In this document: positions 48,603 through 59,942 of the stretch, piece by piece
Position numbering within the stretch: the stretch's first letter is position 1
Layout: every line of letters starts with the position of its first letter
Virus record (IMG/VR): IMGVR_UViG_3300042878_001080
Coordinates: 1-64,000 of that record
DNA from: a virus
DNA length: 64,000 nucleotides
Strand: one strand, 5' to 3'
Program-made: the position numbers and the translations under genes
Notes under the pieces: model-generated
Databases searched by the model: none
What the model saw: only the letters and a program-made list of their open reading frames with translations
Told to the model about the DNA's origin: nothing

Positions 48603-49457
48603 ATGGCGACAAATTCATTAGACGCAGTTTTGGCTCAATACGAGAAAGCAAAACAAGGTAGTAATTCTTCTACTACAAAATTTACACAAGAAGAAAGAAT
48701 GAAAAAATACTTCGCGGCAATCCTTCCAGATAAGGAAACTCAAGGCCAAAGAAGATTAAGAATCTTACCAACAACAGATGGTTCTTCACCATTTAAAGAA
48801 GTTTGGTACCACGAGATTCAAGTGGATGGAAAATTCCAAAAATTTTATGACCCGGGAAAAAACGACAATGAACGCTCACCTTTAACTGAGGTTTATGAAG
48901 AACTTCGTGAAACAGGAAAAGAAGAGGACAAAAAATTATCGTCAAATTATTTGGCTCGTAAATTTTACATTGTTAAAGTTATCGATAGAGATAATGAGGG
49001 GGATGGAGTTAAATTTTGGAGATTTAAATCTAACTACAAGAATGAAGGTATCTACGACAAAATCATCCCTATCTACAGAAATAAAGGTGATATTGCTGAC
49101 CCTGAAAAAGGTAGAGACCTTATCTTAGAATTAACTAAGGCTAAGACTCCAAAGGGAGCTGTTTATACAGTAATTCAAACGGTTATGTATGATGATGCAG
49201 CACCAATTCACGAAGATTCAAAACTTGCTGAAAGTTGGATTAACGATGAATTAACTTGGGAAGATGTTTACTCTAAAAAACCAGTTGAGTACTTAGAATC
49301 TATTGCAAGAGGTGAAACTCCAAAATGGAATTCTGATAAAGGTGGTTATGATTATGGTAACTCTGATGAGTCTGAAGTATCGTTTGGTGGTTCTAAACCA
49401 TCTGCACCAATTGACCCACAAGCGGGAGATGAAGAGGATAATGATATGCCTTTCTAA
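48603..49457 (+). CDS. Single-stranded DNA-binding protein (T4 gp32-like)
   Basis: LRILP, PFKEVWYH, VIDRD..GVKFW, GDIADPEKGRD; acidic tail ending DMPF. Confidence 0.85.
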   Translation: MATNSLDAVLAQYEKAKQGSNSSTTKFTQEERMKKYFAAILPDKETQGQRRLRILPTTDGSSPFKEVWYHEIQVDGKFQKFYDPGKNDNERSPLTEVYEELRETGKEEDKKLSSNYLARKFYIVKVIDRDNEGDGVKFWRFKSNYKNEGIYDKIIPIYRNKGDIADPEKGRDLILELTKAKTPKGAVYTVIQTVMYDDAAPIHEDSKLAESWINDELTWEDVYSKKPVEYLESIARGETPKWNSDKGGYDYGNSDESEVSFGGSKPSAPIDPQAGDEEDNDMPF

Positions 49458-49547
49458 TCAAATAATTTAGACATATAGTTAGGACACTAAGATATACTTG
49501 GTGTCCTACTTGTCTAAAAAAAATAACAAATTAAACTAATTAGAAAT

Positions 49548-50537
49548 ATGGCGATTAAAAAGAAAACATTCTCGTTAGAGGATATAAAGGGTAAATTCTC
49601 TACAAAAACAAAATACAAACCTGAAAGCTTCTATAACTGCGGTGAAGCTTTTATGGATGCTTGTGGTTTACCCGGACCTGTAATGGGGGGTATCAATATG
49701 ATGTTAGGTCATTCAAATACTTCAAAAACAACAGCTATGATATTAGCGGCGGCTGATGCTCAGAAAAAAGGACATTTACCGGTGTTTATTATAACGGAAA
49801 AAAAATGGTCTTGGGAACACTCGGTTGAATTGGGGTTACAAGCGGAACAAAATGAAAATGGTGAGTGGGACGGTCATTTTATTTTTAACGATTCTTTTGA
49901 AACAATAGAACAGGCGACTGATTTTATGAATGATATATTAGATGCTCAAGAAAAAGGTGAATTACCGTATAATGTTGCTTTTTTCTTTGATAGTATTGGT
50001 AGTATTCCCTGTCAAATGACTTTTGAAGGTAAGGGGGGGTCTATGCACAATGCTAGAGTACTATCAGAAAGAATAGGTATGGGGTTACATTCAAGAATAA
50101 CAAAATCAAAAAAAGAGGATTATCCTTATTACAATACTTTAGTTGTAATTGTACAACCTTGGGTTGAATTGCCGGACTCACCATTTGGTCAGCCTTCTAT
50201 TAAACCTAAAGGCGGTGAGGCGTTATATTTGGCATCTTCTTTAGTATTTTTATTTGGTAACCAAAAAAATGCTGGAGTTAATCATATAACCGCAACTAAA
50301 AATGGTAGAACCGTATCTTATGCTGTTAGAACAAAAGTATCAATATTAAAAAATCACGTAAATGGTATTGCGTTTAAGGATGGGAAAATTATTGCGGTTC
50401 CTCAAGGATATATTGCGGATACAAAAGAGGCGTTAGATAAATATAAAAAACAATATTCTAGTTATTGGGGTGCGATACTTAGTGGTACCGGTGAATTGAT
50501 ATTAGATGAAAATAGTGAAGACGATTCTGACGATTAA
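49548..50537 (+). CDS. recA: RecA/UvsX-like recombinase
   Basis: Walker A-like GHSNTSKTT, FFFDSIGS, KGGEAL, KNHV. Confidence 0.8.
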   Translation: MAIKKKTFSLEDIKGKFSTKTKYKPESFYNCGEAFMDACGLPGPVMGGINMMLGHSNTSKTTAMILAAADAQKKGHLPVFIITEKKWSWEHSVELGLQAEQNENGEWDGHFIFNDSFETIEQATDFMNDILDAQEKGELPYNVAFFFDSIGSIPCQMTFEGKGGSMHNARVLSERIGMGLHSRITKSKKEDYPYYNTLVVIVQPWVELPDSPFGQPSIKPKGGEALYLASSLVFLFGNQKNAGVNHITATKNGRTVSYAVRTKVSILKNHVNGIAFKDGKIIAVPQGYIADTKEALDKYKKQYSSYWGAILSGTGELILDENSEDDSDD

Positions 50538-50588
50538 AAAAATTGATACTATTACTACTTTTAAGTATTTTTAAGATATTTATATAAT

Positions 50589-50741
50589 ATGGGAAGACAT
50601 AAGATTGATGAAGATAAAAAAAAGGTAAAAGTTTCGGTTGCGATTGACCCTGAATTACCTCAATACTTTAAGGATAAATCTATAAATTTATCTTCCCTTG
50701 TTAATAAATTATTAAAAGAATATATTAAAAATGGAAACTAA
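50589..50741 (+). CDS. Small ribbon-helix-helix-like protein (50 aa, not in ORF track), partner of HNH copy 3
   Basis: MGRHKIDEDKKKVKVSVAIDPELPQYFKDKSINLSSLVNKLLKEYIKNGN*; overlaps the HNH start. Confidence 0.8.
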   Translation: MGRHKIDEDKKKVKVSVAIDPELPQYFKDKSINLSSLVNKLLKEYIKNGN

Positions 50742-51291
50742 AGTTTGTAGTAAATGTAATGTTGAAAAACAAATAACCGATTTTTATAAAAAAAATAATT
50801 ATTGTAAAATTTGTCATTTAGAAAAAAAACAAAATTGGAGAAAAAATAATCCCGAAGAATATAAAAAACAAAACAAAAATTATTGGGAGAGAACTAAAGA
50901 TGTTCAATCACAAAAAAAGAAAGTTTGGATTAAAAATAATCGGGAAAAGTATAATAGTTATTGGACAAATAGAAAAAATATAGACCCAGAATTCAAACTA
51001 CTAATGAATATGAGGTCTAGATTATGTGGTTATTTAAAGAAACTTAACATAACCAAAACTAACAAAACTTTTGATATTGTGGGTTGTTCTCCCCAATTTT
51101 TAAAAGAACATTTAGAAACCCAATTTACTGATGGTATGAGTTGGGATAACAGGAGTGAGTGGCATATTGACCACATCATTCCATTATCATCGGCAAAAAC
51201 AGAAGACGAACTTTATAAGTTGTGTCATTATGAAAATCTTCAACCATTATGGGCTGAGGATAATTTGAAAAAGAGTAACAAAATTTTATAG
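50731..51291 (+). CDS. HNH homing-type endonuclease with N-terminal Zn finger (copy 3)
   Basis: CSKC...CKIC, WHIDHIIP...HYENLQPLWAEDNLKKS. Confidence 0.85.
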   Translation: METKVCSKCNVEKQITDFYKKNNYCKICHLEKKQNWRKNNPEEYKKQNKNYWERTKDVQSQKKKVWIKNNREKYNSYWTNRKNIDPEFKLLMNMRSRLCGYLKKLNITKTNKTFDIVGCSPQFLKEHLETQFTDGMSWDNRSEWHIDHIIPLSSAKTEDELYKLCHYENLQPLWAEDNLKKSNKIL

Positions 51292-51312
51292 TAACGAATA
51301 CAAACAAAACAA

Positions 51313-52314
51313 GTGACTAAAACACTATTAGTGGATGGAAACAATCTACTTAAGATTGGGTTTTGCGGGGTTAAAGACTTTTACCACAACGGAAAACACA
51401 TAGGAGGATTATGGCATTTTATCAATACAATTAGACGTTTTATAGACGAACAAAATTTTGATAAGGTTGTTGTTATGTGGGATGGTGATAATAATTCATC
51501 CGCCCGAAAACTTATTTACCCCCAATATAAAGAAAAACGACGTATAACCGAAGATTTCAAAGATGAATCTTTTGAAGAACAGAAAGAGAGAATCAAACAA
51601 TACTTGGAGGAATGTTATATAAGACAAATCAACGTAGATAATAACGAAGGCGACGATTTGATTGCTTACTACTGCCAAATCTCGGAAAACGAACAAAAGA
51701 CTATCTATTCGGGGGATAAAGACCTTACCCAACTTATATCGGATAAGGTATCGGTATATTATCCAAGAACCAAAGAGACTTATCATTTAGGAAGTAAAAT
51801 CAAATGTGATTTTTACGAATTTCCCCACGAAAACATCAGGACTTATAAAATTCTATCTGGAGATAAATCGGACAATATTGACGGTATTTCAGGGTTGGGT
51901 GAGAAAACTCTTATAAAGTTTTTTCCTGAGCTACTTGAAAAAACCGTTTCTATTACCGATATTTTAGAAAAGGCTGAAATTCTACTAAAGGAAAACAAGG
52001 GTAATAAGACATTACAAAATCTTTTATCCGGAAAAACTAAAAGTGGTGTGTATGGTGATGAGTTTTTTGTTATTAACGAAAAAATTATAAATTTATCAAA
52101 CCCATTAATTACTGATGGTGCTAAAGAACTTGTTGAATTATATTATAAAGAAACCTTAGACCCTGATGGAAGGGGTCATAGGGGACTTATTAAAATGATG
52201 ATGGAAGATGGGTTTTTTAAGTATCTACCGAAGGGGGATGACGCGTGGGTTAATTTTGTTAGACCCTTTTTAAAACTAACAAGAAAAGAAAAAAGAAATT
52301 ATAAAAACAATTAA
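51313..52314 (+). CDS. 5'-3' exonuclease/RNase H (T4 Rnh/PolI N-terminal-like)
   Basis: LLVDGNNL, WDG, YKEKR, EGDDLIA, SGDKDLTQL, GDKSDNIDGI. Confidence 0.92.
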   Translation: MTKTLLVDGNNLLKIGFCGVKDFYHNGKHIGGLWHFINTIRRFIDEQNFDKVVVMWDGDNNSSARKLIYPQYKEKRRITEDFKDESFEEQKERIKQYLEECYIRQINVDNNEGDDLIAYYCQISENEQKTIYSGDKDLTQLISDKVSVYYPRTKETYHLGSKIKCDFYEFPHENIRTYKILSGDKSDNIDGISGLGEKTLIKFFPELLEKTVSITDILEKAEILLKENKGNKTLQNLLSGKTKSGVYGDEFFVINEKIINLSNPLITDGAKELVELYYKETLDPDGRGHRGLIKMMMEDGFFKYLPKGDDAWVNFVRPFLKLTRKEKRNYKNN

Positions 52315-52322
52315 TTAAAACT

Positions 52323-52775
52323 ATGAAAGACCAAGATTCGGTAAAATTAGAATTCTTAATGATGGTAAATGATAACATCATTGTGCAGAGATTTTTTAAC
52401 GTAAGAGAGTTCAATAATGAGGGAAAAAACTCGTTAGAACTTTATGACTTACTTCGTGAATTTAAAGACGATATTCAAACTCAATTGTCGTTGAAAACCG
52501 TAACGTATATGACGGATAATATGTACGAAATTGTGAACAATCCTGCTATTTTGGAAACGTCTTATACTGACGGTCCGGAGTACTTCAACATCTTCATCAA
52601 ACAAAATGATGTGACAATTTGTCATAGACAGGTGGATGCTAAAGTATACCCTCCAAAGATAAGATATACTGTGGATGTACGCCCACACCTAAAAAACCTA
52701 TTAATGAATTTAACTGACATTTTTTCGTCAAAAGATTTAACAAAAAAATATCTAGAAGTTAACCTAAGTGTATAG
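52323..52775 (+). CDS. Hypothetical protein
   Basis: 150 aa ORF inside the replication operon. Confidence 0.6.
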   Translation: MKDQDSVKLEFLMMVNDNIIVQRFFNVREFNNEGKNSLELYDLLREFKDDIQTQLSLKTVTYMTDNMYEIVNNPAILETSYTDGPEYFNIFIKQNDVTICHRQVDAKVYPPKIRYTVDVRPHLKNLLMNLTDIFSSKDLTKKYLEVNLSV

Positions 52776-52804
52776 TATTTATTAATACACTAAAAGAAAA
52801 ATAT

Positions 52805-54190
52805 ATGGCGTCAAACAAAAATTTTGAGTATCTAGGTAGTACATTTCAGATACAATTATTAAACCAAATCATTATCGATAAAGACTTCTCAAGGTCAATT
52901 ATAGATGTGATTGAAACAAGTTATTTTGAGAATAAATATTTCAAATTAATCATTCAAATGATTAAAGAGTATTACACAAAATACGAACACACACCAACCT
53001 TTGACACCTTAGAACAAATCACAAAATCTGAGATACAACAACCTCTGGCGGCAAAAATCATTATTGATACCCTTACAAAAGTTAAGGAGTCCACGTTAGA
53101 AGGTGCTGAGTTTGTACAAGAAAAATCTATGAAATTTTGTAAACAACAAGAGTTACAAAAAGTAATGGTTAAAGCTCAAAAAATCATCGATACTGGTGAG
53201 TTTGAAAGTTATGATACATTAGAGGAAATGGTTAGTAAGGCATTACAAGTAGGGGAACACGATAAGGGAACTGAAAGTGTTTTTAGTAACTTAGATGATG
53301 TTTTAAACGAAGATTATCGTCATCCGATACCGATGGGTATTCCGGGGATAGATAGACTCTTAAAAGGAGGGTTGGCTAAAGGTGAAATCGGTGTTATTTT
53401 AGCACCAACAGGTGTAGGTAAATCTACTTTACTTACAAAAATTGCAAATCATTCATTTAATTTGGGGTATAATGTTTTACAAATATTCTTTGAGGATAAT
53501 CCGAAGATTATCCAACGAAAACACATTACATTATGGACAAAAATCCATCCGGATGAATTGTCTATAAGAAAAGATGAAGTTATGGTTAAAGTTCAAGAAA
53601 TTAAGGAGAAAATGCCTAATGAATTAATACTTAAAAAACTTCCATCTGATACTATAACAATGATGCAAATTAAGAATCAAATTAGAAAAATGATTTCTGA
53701 AGGTATTAAAATTGATATGGTATTATTGGACTACATTGACTGTGTGGTTCCGGATAAAAACTTAGGAGATGAATGGAAATCTGAAGGGTCTGTGATGAGA
53801 GGTTTTGAATCTATGTGTCACGAACTTGATTTAGTTGGATGGACTGCAACTCAGGGTAATAGAAGTTCAATATCCTCAGATGTTGTAACTACCGACCAAA
53901 TGGGTGGTTCTATCAAAAAAGCTCAGGTTGGACACGTAATCATTTCCGTGGCTAAATCTCTACAGCAAAAAGAAATGAAACTAGCGACGATAGCAATTAC
54001 TAAATCACGTATTGGTGATGATGGTGTTGTCTTTGAGAATTGTAAATTCGATAATGGTATGTTAGAGATTGATACTGAGAGTTCAGTAACATTCTTAGGG
54101 TTAGAAGAACAAACTGAAGAAAGAAATAGACAGAGAATCAAGGACTTGTTAGATAAGAGAAAAGAAAAAAACCAACAACAAATTAATTAA
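52805..54190 (+). CDS. dnaB: Replicative DnaB-like helicase (T4 gp41-like)
   Basis: APTGVGKS Walker [20 protein letters not shown]. Confidence 0.9.
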   Translation: MASNKNFEYLGSTFQIQLLNQIIIDKDFSRSIIDVIETSYFENKYFKLIIQMIKEYYTKYEHTPTFDTLEQITKSEIQQPLAAKIIIDTLTKVKESTLEGAEFVQEKSMKFCKQQELQKVMVKAQKIIDTGEFESYDTLEEMVSKALQVGEHDKGTESVFSNLDDVLNEDYRHPIPMGIPGIDRLLKGGLAKGEIGVILAPTGVGKSTLLTKIANHSFNLGYNVLQIFFEDNPKIIQRKHITLWTKIHPDELSIRKDEVMVKVQEIKEKMPNELILKKLPSDTITMMQIKNQIRKMISEGIKIDMVLLDYIDCVVPDKNLGDEWKSEGSVMRGFESMCHELDLVGWTATQGNRSSISSDVVTTDQMGGSIKKAQVGHVIISVAKSLQQKEMKLATIAITKSRIGDDGVVFENCKFDNGMLEIDTESSVTFLGLEEQTEERNRQRIKDLLDKRKEKNQQQIN

Positions 54191-54191
54191 T

Positions 54192-55142
54192 ATGAAAGAA
54201 AAAATATTAGAACCAAATAATGAGAGATTTGTTATCTTCCCAATAGAACATAATGATATTTGGGAATTTTACAAACAACACCAAGCGGCGTTTTGGACAG
54301 CGGAAGAAGTTGATTTATCTAATGATATTAGAGATTGGGAAAACCTATCTGATAATGAGAGATATTTCCTTAAAAATATATTAGCATTCTTTGCGGCATC
54401 TGATGGTATCGTGAATGAAAATTTGGCTGAGAACTTCTTAAAAGAAGTTCAATATGCTGAAGCGAAGTTCTTCTACGGATTCCAAATTATGATGGAGAAT
54501 ATTCACTCCTTAATGTATTCATTATTAATAGATACTTATGTGTCTGATGAGACAGAAAAAGATGAATGTTTCCACGCAATAGATAGATTACCTGCTGTTC
54601 AGAAAAAAGCTAGTTGGGCATTGAAATGGATAGAAAGTTCGTCTTTTCAAGAAAGATTAGTAGCGTTTGCGGCGGTTGAGGGTATCTTCTTCTCAGGTTC
54701 ATTCTGTTCAATCTTTTGGATGAAATCAAGAGGGATTATGCAAGGATTATGTAATGCTAATAGCCTCATCTTCAAAGATGAGAACTTACATTGTGATTTT
54801 GCGATTCATTTGATTAACAATCATATTGAAAACAAACCAACGGAGAAAAGAATTAAAGAAATTTTATTATCAGCATTAGAAATTGAAAAAGAGTTTATTA
54901 CTGAGTCATTACCTGTATCTTTAATTGGTATGAATTCAAATTTAATGAAACAATATCTTGAATTTGTAACTGATGGACTATTAGTTAAGTTTGGATGTAA
55001 AAAACATTTTAATGTTGAACAACCATTTAAATTTATGGAACAAATCGCTGTTGAAACAAAGGGTAACTTTTTTGAATCAAGAACAATGGAGTATCAAAAA
55101 GCTAAGTTAGGAGAATCATTAACATTTACAGACGATTTTTAA
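54192..55142 (+). CDS. nrdB: Ribonucleotide reductase class Ia beta subunit
   Basis: [42 protein letters not shown]. Confidence 0.97.
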   Translation: MKEKILEPNNERFVIFPIEHNDIWEFYKQHQAAFWTAEEVDLSNDIRDWENLSDNERYFLKNILAFFAASDGIVNENLAENFLKEVQYAEAKFFYGFQIMMENIHSLMYSLLIDTYVSDETEKDECFHAIDRLPAVQKKASWALKWIESSSFQERLVAFAAVEGIFFSGSFCSIFWMKSRGIMQGLCNANSLIFKDENLHCDFAIHLINNHIENKPTEKRIKEILLSALEIEKEFITESLPVSLIGMNSNLMKQYLEFVTDGLLVKFGCKKHFNVEQPFKFMEQIAVETKGNFFESRTMEYQKAKLGESLTFTDDF

Positions 55143-55143
55143 T

Positions 55144-57558
55144 ATGATGTCACTAAAAATAAGAAAAAGAGGGGGTGATGAGGTATCCTTTAACCCCCAA
55201 AAAATTTACAATAGAGTTAAACAAGCTTCTAAAGGGTTAAAAGTTAATGCTGATGAGGTGTTCATTAAAGTGATTACTTCGGTCCCAACTGAAGGTGTTA
55301 TTACAACTAAAGAGTTGGATAAATTGGTTTACGAGATTGCTGCGGCTTATACTGGTAGTCATCACGATTACTCAAGACTAGCGTCATCTGTGGCAATATC
55401 TGCGTATCACAAAGAGACTGATGAAAGTTTCTGTAATACAATGAAAAGTTTATATGACGATGATATTATTAATGATATCTTAATCAATACAATTACTCAA
55501 TACGGTCCTGAAAATATTGATTCGGTAATAAATCACGAGAATGATTACAATTTTGATTATTTTGCGTGGAAATCATTACAGGAAATGTATTTGTTGAAAA
55601 CACCTAAAGGTGTTGTAGTTGAAAGACCTCAACATATGTATATGAGAGTTGCTTTATGGGTGACTAAATCATTTGAAGAGGCGGTTGAATACTATAATTC
55701 GTTATCGAATCAACTTATCTCTCCGGCAACACCAATTATGATTAATGCGGGTACCAAAACACCTCAACTAGCGTCTTGTGTGTTGAAGTACAATAACGGA
55801 GATTCAAGACAAGGTTTGTTGGATACATTTAATGACATTTCAACTTATTCGTCAGATGCGGCTGGAATTGGGTTATGTATGTCTAACATTCGTAGTAAAG
55901 AAAGTCGTATTAACTCATCAGGAGGATTTGCGGGTGGTTTATTGAAATACCTAAAGATTGTTAATGAAGGGTTAAGATTCTTCAACCAACAAGGAAGAAG
56001 ACCGGGTAGTGCTGCTATCTACATAGAACCTTGGCATAAGGATATTATGGACTTACTTGAAATCAAAAAGAATACGGGTGCTGAGGAGTTGAGAGCAAAA
56101 GATTTATTTACCTCAATTTGGTTACCGGACAACTTTATGAACGCAGTTAAGAACAATGATGATTGGTATTTGTTCTGTCCTAACGAAATTATCAAAGCGG
56201 GTATCAAACCATTACAAGAAGCTTACGGTGATGAGTATGAATCAAATTACAACAAAGCAGTTGAACTTGGTTTAGGTAAGAAAGTAAAAGCACAAACAAT
56301 TTGGAATAAGATTATTGAATCTCAGGTTGAAACCGGAGTTCCTTACTTATGTTCTAAAGATAGTGCTAACAGAAAAACTAACCATCAAAACATCGGAGTG
56401 ATTAAACAATCTAACTTATGTAATGAGATTTACCAATTCACCGATGAGAACACCACAGCAATCTGTACGTTATCATCTATGGTATTAAAGAACTTCATCA
56501 TAAAAGGAGAATTTGATTTCAAATTACTTTATAGTGAAGTTAGAAAGGTTGTTAGAGCACTTAACAAAGTTGTTGATATCAATAGTTATTCAACTGAACA
56601 AGGAAGAAAAGGTGGGTTGGAACAAAGAGCGATTGCCATTGGAACACAAGGTCTTGCTGATGTATTCTTCTTAATGGATTATATCTTTACAACTGAAGAA
56701 GCAAAGAAACTTAATAAAGAGATTTTTGAAACAATCTACTTCGCAGCAATCACTGAAAGTATGAATCTATGTAAAACAGGTGAATACAAACCATACGACT
56801 TTTTTAATGGGTCACCAATGTCAAAAGGTATATTCCAATTTGATATGTGGGGGTTAGATTATGAAGGTTTAGGTGGAATGTGGGATTGGGACTCACTTAA
56901 ATTAGAAGTGTCTAACCACGGTGTTTGTAATTCGTTATTCACGGCTCAGATGCCAGTTGCGTCTTCGGCTAAGATTACAGGTTCATTTGAAATGACAGAA
57001 CCGGCTCACTCGGCATTATTTAATCGTCGTGTTGTCGGTGGTGAAATTTTAATTGTTAATAAATACTTAATTAACGATTTTGAAAAGTTAGGTGTTTGGT
57101 GTGAGGACTTGAAAAATGAGATTATAATGAATGAAGGGTCAGTACAAAATATTAATTTTAATCATTACTTGGACCCGGAAGATAAAAATTATAATAAGAA
57201 GGTTAAACGAATAGAACATTTAATTCCAAAATACAAAACAATTTGGGAGATATCTCAAAGAGAATTGATTGATATGGCTGCGGACAGAGCACCATTCATA
57301 GACCAATCACAGTCAATGAATATCTATATGTCTGAACCAACATTATCAAAGATTTCATCATCACACTTCCATTCTTGGGGTAAAGGGTTGAAAACTCTTT
57401 GTTATTATGTTAGAACAAAGGCGATATCAACCGGAGCTAAACACTTAGCTGTTGATATATCAAAAGTGAGTCAATCAAAACCAATTGAGAAACCAACCGT
57501 TGATTTAACACAAAAACCTTCGGATTCCGAGTTTGAGTGTTTCGGATGTGGTTCTTAA
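55144..57558 (+). CDS. nrdA: Ribonucleotide reductase class Ia alpha subunit with ATP cone
   Basis: ERPQHM, QLASC, SNLCNEI, KTLCYY, C-terminal CFGC. Confidence 0.97.
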   Translation: MMSLKIRKRGGDEVSFNPQKIYNRVKQASKGLKVNADEVFIKVITSVPTEGVITTKELDKLVYEIAAAYTGSHHDYSRLASSVAISAYHKETDESFCNTMKSLYDDDIINDILINTITQYGPENIDSVINHENDYNFDYFAWKSLQEMYLLKTPKGVVVERPQHMYMRVALWVTKSFEEAVEYYNSLSNQLISPATPIMINAGTKTPQLASCVLKYNNGDSRQGLLDTFNDISTYSSDAAGIGLCMSNIRSKESRINSSGGFAGGLLKYLKIVNEGLRFFNQQGRRPGSAAIYIEPWHKDIMDLLEIKKNTGAEELRAKDLFTSIWLPDNFMNAVKNNDDWYLFCPNEIIKAGIKPLQEAYGDEYESNYNKAVELGLGKKVKAQTIWNKIIESQVETGVPYLCSKDSANRKTNHQNIGVIKQSNLCNEIYQFTDENTTAICTLSSMVLKNFIIKGEFDFKLLYSEVRKVVRALNKVVDINSYSTEQGRKGGLEQRAIAIGTQGLADVFFLMDYIFTTEEAKKLNKEIFETIYFAAITESMNLCKTGEYKPYDFFNGSPMSKGIFQFDMWGLDYEGLGGMWDWDSLKLEVSNHGVCNSLFTAQMPVASSAKITGSFEMTEPAHSALFNRRVVGGEILIVNKYLINDFEKLGVWCEDLKNEIIMNEGSVQNINFNHYLDPEDKNYNKKVKRIEHLIPKYKTIWEISQRELIDMAADRAPFIDQSQSMNIYMSEPTLSKISSSHFHSWGKGLKTLCYYVRTKAISTGAKHLAVDISKVSQSKPIEKPTVDLTQKPSDSEFECFGCGS

Positions 57559-57565
57559 ATAAAAT

Positions 57566-57598
57566 AATCACGACATTAGTGTCGTGATTTTTTATTTT
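57566..57598 (+). terminator. Terminator hairpin after nrdA
   Basis: AATCACGACA-TTAG-TGTCGTGATT followed by a T run. Confidence 0.75.
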
Positions 57599-57640
57599 AA
57601 TCTATTTATAAGAAATAATCACGACACTATATTTATAGTT

Positions 57641-58099
57641 ATGGCAGATGGAACAACATATGGGTTAACTTTTCCTTTCAGAGATTCTTTTGATGGGAAA
57701 TATTTAGATTTATCGGATTATAATGACCAAGAGATTAGGTCTAATTTAATACATCTTTTATTATCTAAAAAGGGTAGTAGATATTATTTACCTGATTTTG
57801 GTACAAGATTATATGAGTTCATATTTGAACCATTAGATGGACCTACTTTTTCAGAAATAGAAACAGAAATAAGAGAATCTGCGGGTATATATCTTCCGGG
57901 AATAAGAATAACTAAAATTAGTATTACCGCGGCATCCGATGGTGATGAAGATAAAGGAAGTTATATAAACGATAACGATGAAAGAGTATTTAGAGTACCT
58001 AACATCTCAAATAATGAACATACTGCAAAAGTTAAAATTGATTATATCATAAATAATGATGTTTTTAATAGTAGTGACTTTGTAATTATTAATATATAA
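57641..58099 (+). CDS. Baseplate wedge protein (T4 gp25-like)
   Basis: IRSNLIHLLLSKKGSRYYLPDFGTRLYEFIFEP. Start placed at ATG 57641 because the track's 57584 start lies inside the terminator. Confidence 0.88.
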   Translation: MADGTTYGLTFPFRDSFDGKYLDLSDYNDQEIRSNLIHLLLSKKGSRYYLPDFGTRLYEFIFEPLDGPTFSEIETEIRESAGIYLPGIRITKISITAASDGDEDKGSYINDNDERVFRVPNISNNEHTAKVKIDYIINNDVFNSSDFVIINI

Positions 58100-58103
58100 A
58101 ATT

Positions 58104-59942
58104 ATGGCAAACAAGAAAATTTCCTATACTACAAGAGATTTCCAATCAATTAGAACAGAGTTAATTAACTTTACTAAAACGTATTATCCTGATACAATTC
58201 AAAACTTTAATGATGCGTCGGTTTTTTCAGTATTATTAGATTTAAATGCTGCGGTTACAGATAACTTACAATTTAATATTGATAGAAGTATTCAGGAGAC
58301 AGTACTTCAATTCGCACAACAAAGGTCATCAGTTTTTAATATCGCAAAAACTTATGGATTAAAAGTTCCGGGAATGAGACCATCAGTTGCTTTAGTTGAT
58401 TTCTCAATTACGGTTCCTGCTTATGGTGATAAGGAAGATTTAAGGTATTGTGGTATTTTAAGAAGGGGTTCTCAAGTTAATGGTGCGGGACAAGTATTTG
58501 AAACCGTTTATGACATTGATTTTACATCCCCAGTTAATGATGAAGGATATCCTAATAGATTAAAAATACCTAATTTTGACTCAAATAACAAGTTATTAAA
58601 TTATACAATAACTAAAAGAGAAACTGTTGTTAATGGTACAACAAAAGTATTTAAAAAAGTTATAACTCCAAATGATGTTAAACCTTTTTATGAATTATTT
58701 TTACCGGACAAAAACGTGTTAGGGGTGACTAGTGTTTTATTAAAAGATAGTACTCAATATACAAATATCCCATCAGTACAAGAGTTTTTAGGGTTAAATA
58801 ATAGATGGTATGAAGTAGATTCTTTGGCGGAAGATAGAGTATTTGTTGAGGACCCAACCAAAGTATCAGATGCTCCGGGGGTTAAAGTTGGAAAATATAT
58901 ACAAACTAGTGATAAATTTATAACAGAATTCACACCTGAAGGGTTTTTAAAAATGACTTTTGGTGGTGGTAATCAATCTGCTGATGAACAATTAAGAGAA
59001 TTTGCTAAAGACGGTTATCAATTAAATTTATATAAATACTCAAATAACTTAGCGTTAGGTAGTTCTTTGAAGGCGAACACAACCTTATTTGTTCAATATA
59101 GAGTTGGTGGGGGTGTTGGTTGTAATCTTGGTGTTAATGCAATTACTCAAATAGGTACGGTATCATTCTTTGTTAATGGTCCTTCGGATAGTGTTAATAC
59201 AACTGTGGTTAATTCGTTACGATGTAATAATGTAACAGCAGCAATCGGTGGGGCAAGTTTTCCAACTACGGAAGAAGTTAGAAATTTGGTATCGTATAAC
59301 TTTTCATCACAAAAAAGAGCTGTAACGGTTAATGATTATGAGTCGATAATTAGAACAATGCCATCACAATTTGGTGCTCCGGCAAAAGTTTCAATTACAG
59401 AAAACAATAATAAAATTATTGTACAAATGTTATCTTATGATGAAACAGGTAGGTTAACGGAAGTAATATCAAATACTTTAAAAAATAATGTCGCAAATTA
59501 TTTATCAAACTATCGTATGATAAATGATTATGTATCAATACAAAGTGCTAATGTTATTGATTTAGGGTTTAACATTGATGTTGTTTTAGATAACACACAA
59601 AATCAAGGGACGGTTATTTCTCAAATTATTACAATTGTTTCTGATTATTTTGACCCAGCAAATAGACATATGGGAGAAAATGTCAATATTTCAGAATTAA
59701 GAAGATTAATACAGAGTGAAAACGGTGTTGTTTCATTATCTGATATACAAGTATTCAATAAAGTTGGGGGTCAATACTCCTCATCTCAAACATCTCAAAA
59801 ATATTCGGATAGTTCAACTTATCAAATAGGTTTAATTGATGATACCATTTTTGCGGAACCAAATCAAACCTATCAAATAAAATATCCTAACAAAGATATC
59901 AATATTAGAGTTAAAAACTTAAAAACTGTTAACTTCTCATAA
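58104..59942 (+). CDS. Baseplate wedge subunit (T4 gp6/baseplate J-like)
   Basis: YTTRDFQSIR, YRVGGG, QKRAVTVNDY motifs. Confidence 0.85.
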   Translation: MANKKISYTTRDFQSIRTELINFTKTYYPDTIQNFNDASVFSVLLDLNAAVTDNLQFNIDRSIQETVLQFAQQRSSVFNIAKTYGLKVPGMRPSVALVDFSITVPAYGDKEDLRYCGILRRGSQVNGAGQVFETVYDIDFTSPVNDEGYPNRLKIPNFDSNNKLLNYTITKRETVVNGTTKVFKKVITPNDVKPFYELFLPDKNVLGVTSVLLKDSTQYTNIPSVQEFLGLNNRWYEVDSLAEDRVFVEDPTKVSDAPGVKVGKYIQTSDKFITEFTPEGFLKMTFGGGNQSADEQLREFAKDGYQLNLYKYSNNLALGSSLKANTTLFVQYRVGGGVGCNLGVNAITQIGTVSFFVNGPSDSVNTTVVNSLRCNNVTAAIGGASFPTTEEVRNLVSYNFSSQKRAVTVNDYESIIRTMPSQFGAPAKVSITENNNKIIVQMLSYDETGRLTEVISNTLKNNVANYLSNYRMINDYVSIQSANVIDLGFNIDVVLDNTQNQGTVISQIITIVSDYFDPANRHMGENVNISELRRLIQSENGVVSLSDIQVFNKVGGQYSSSQTSQKYSDSSTYQIGLIDDTIFAEPNQTYQIKYPNKDINIRVKNLKTVNFS

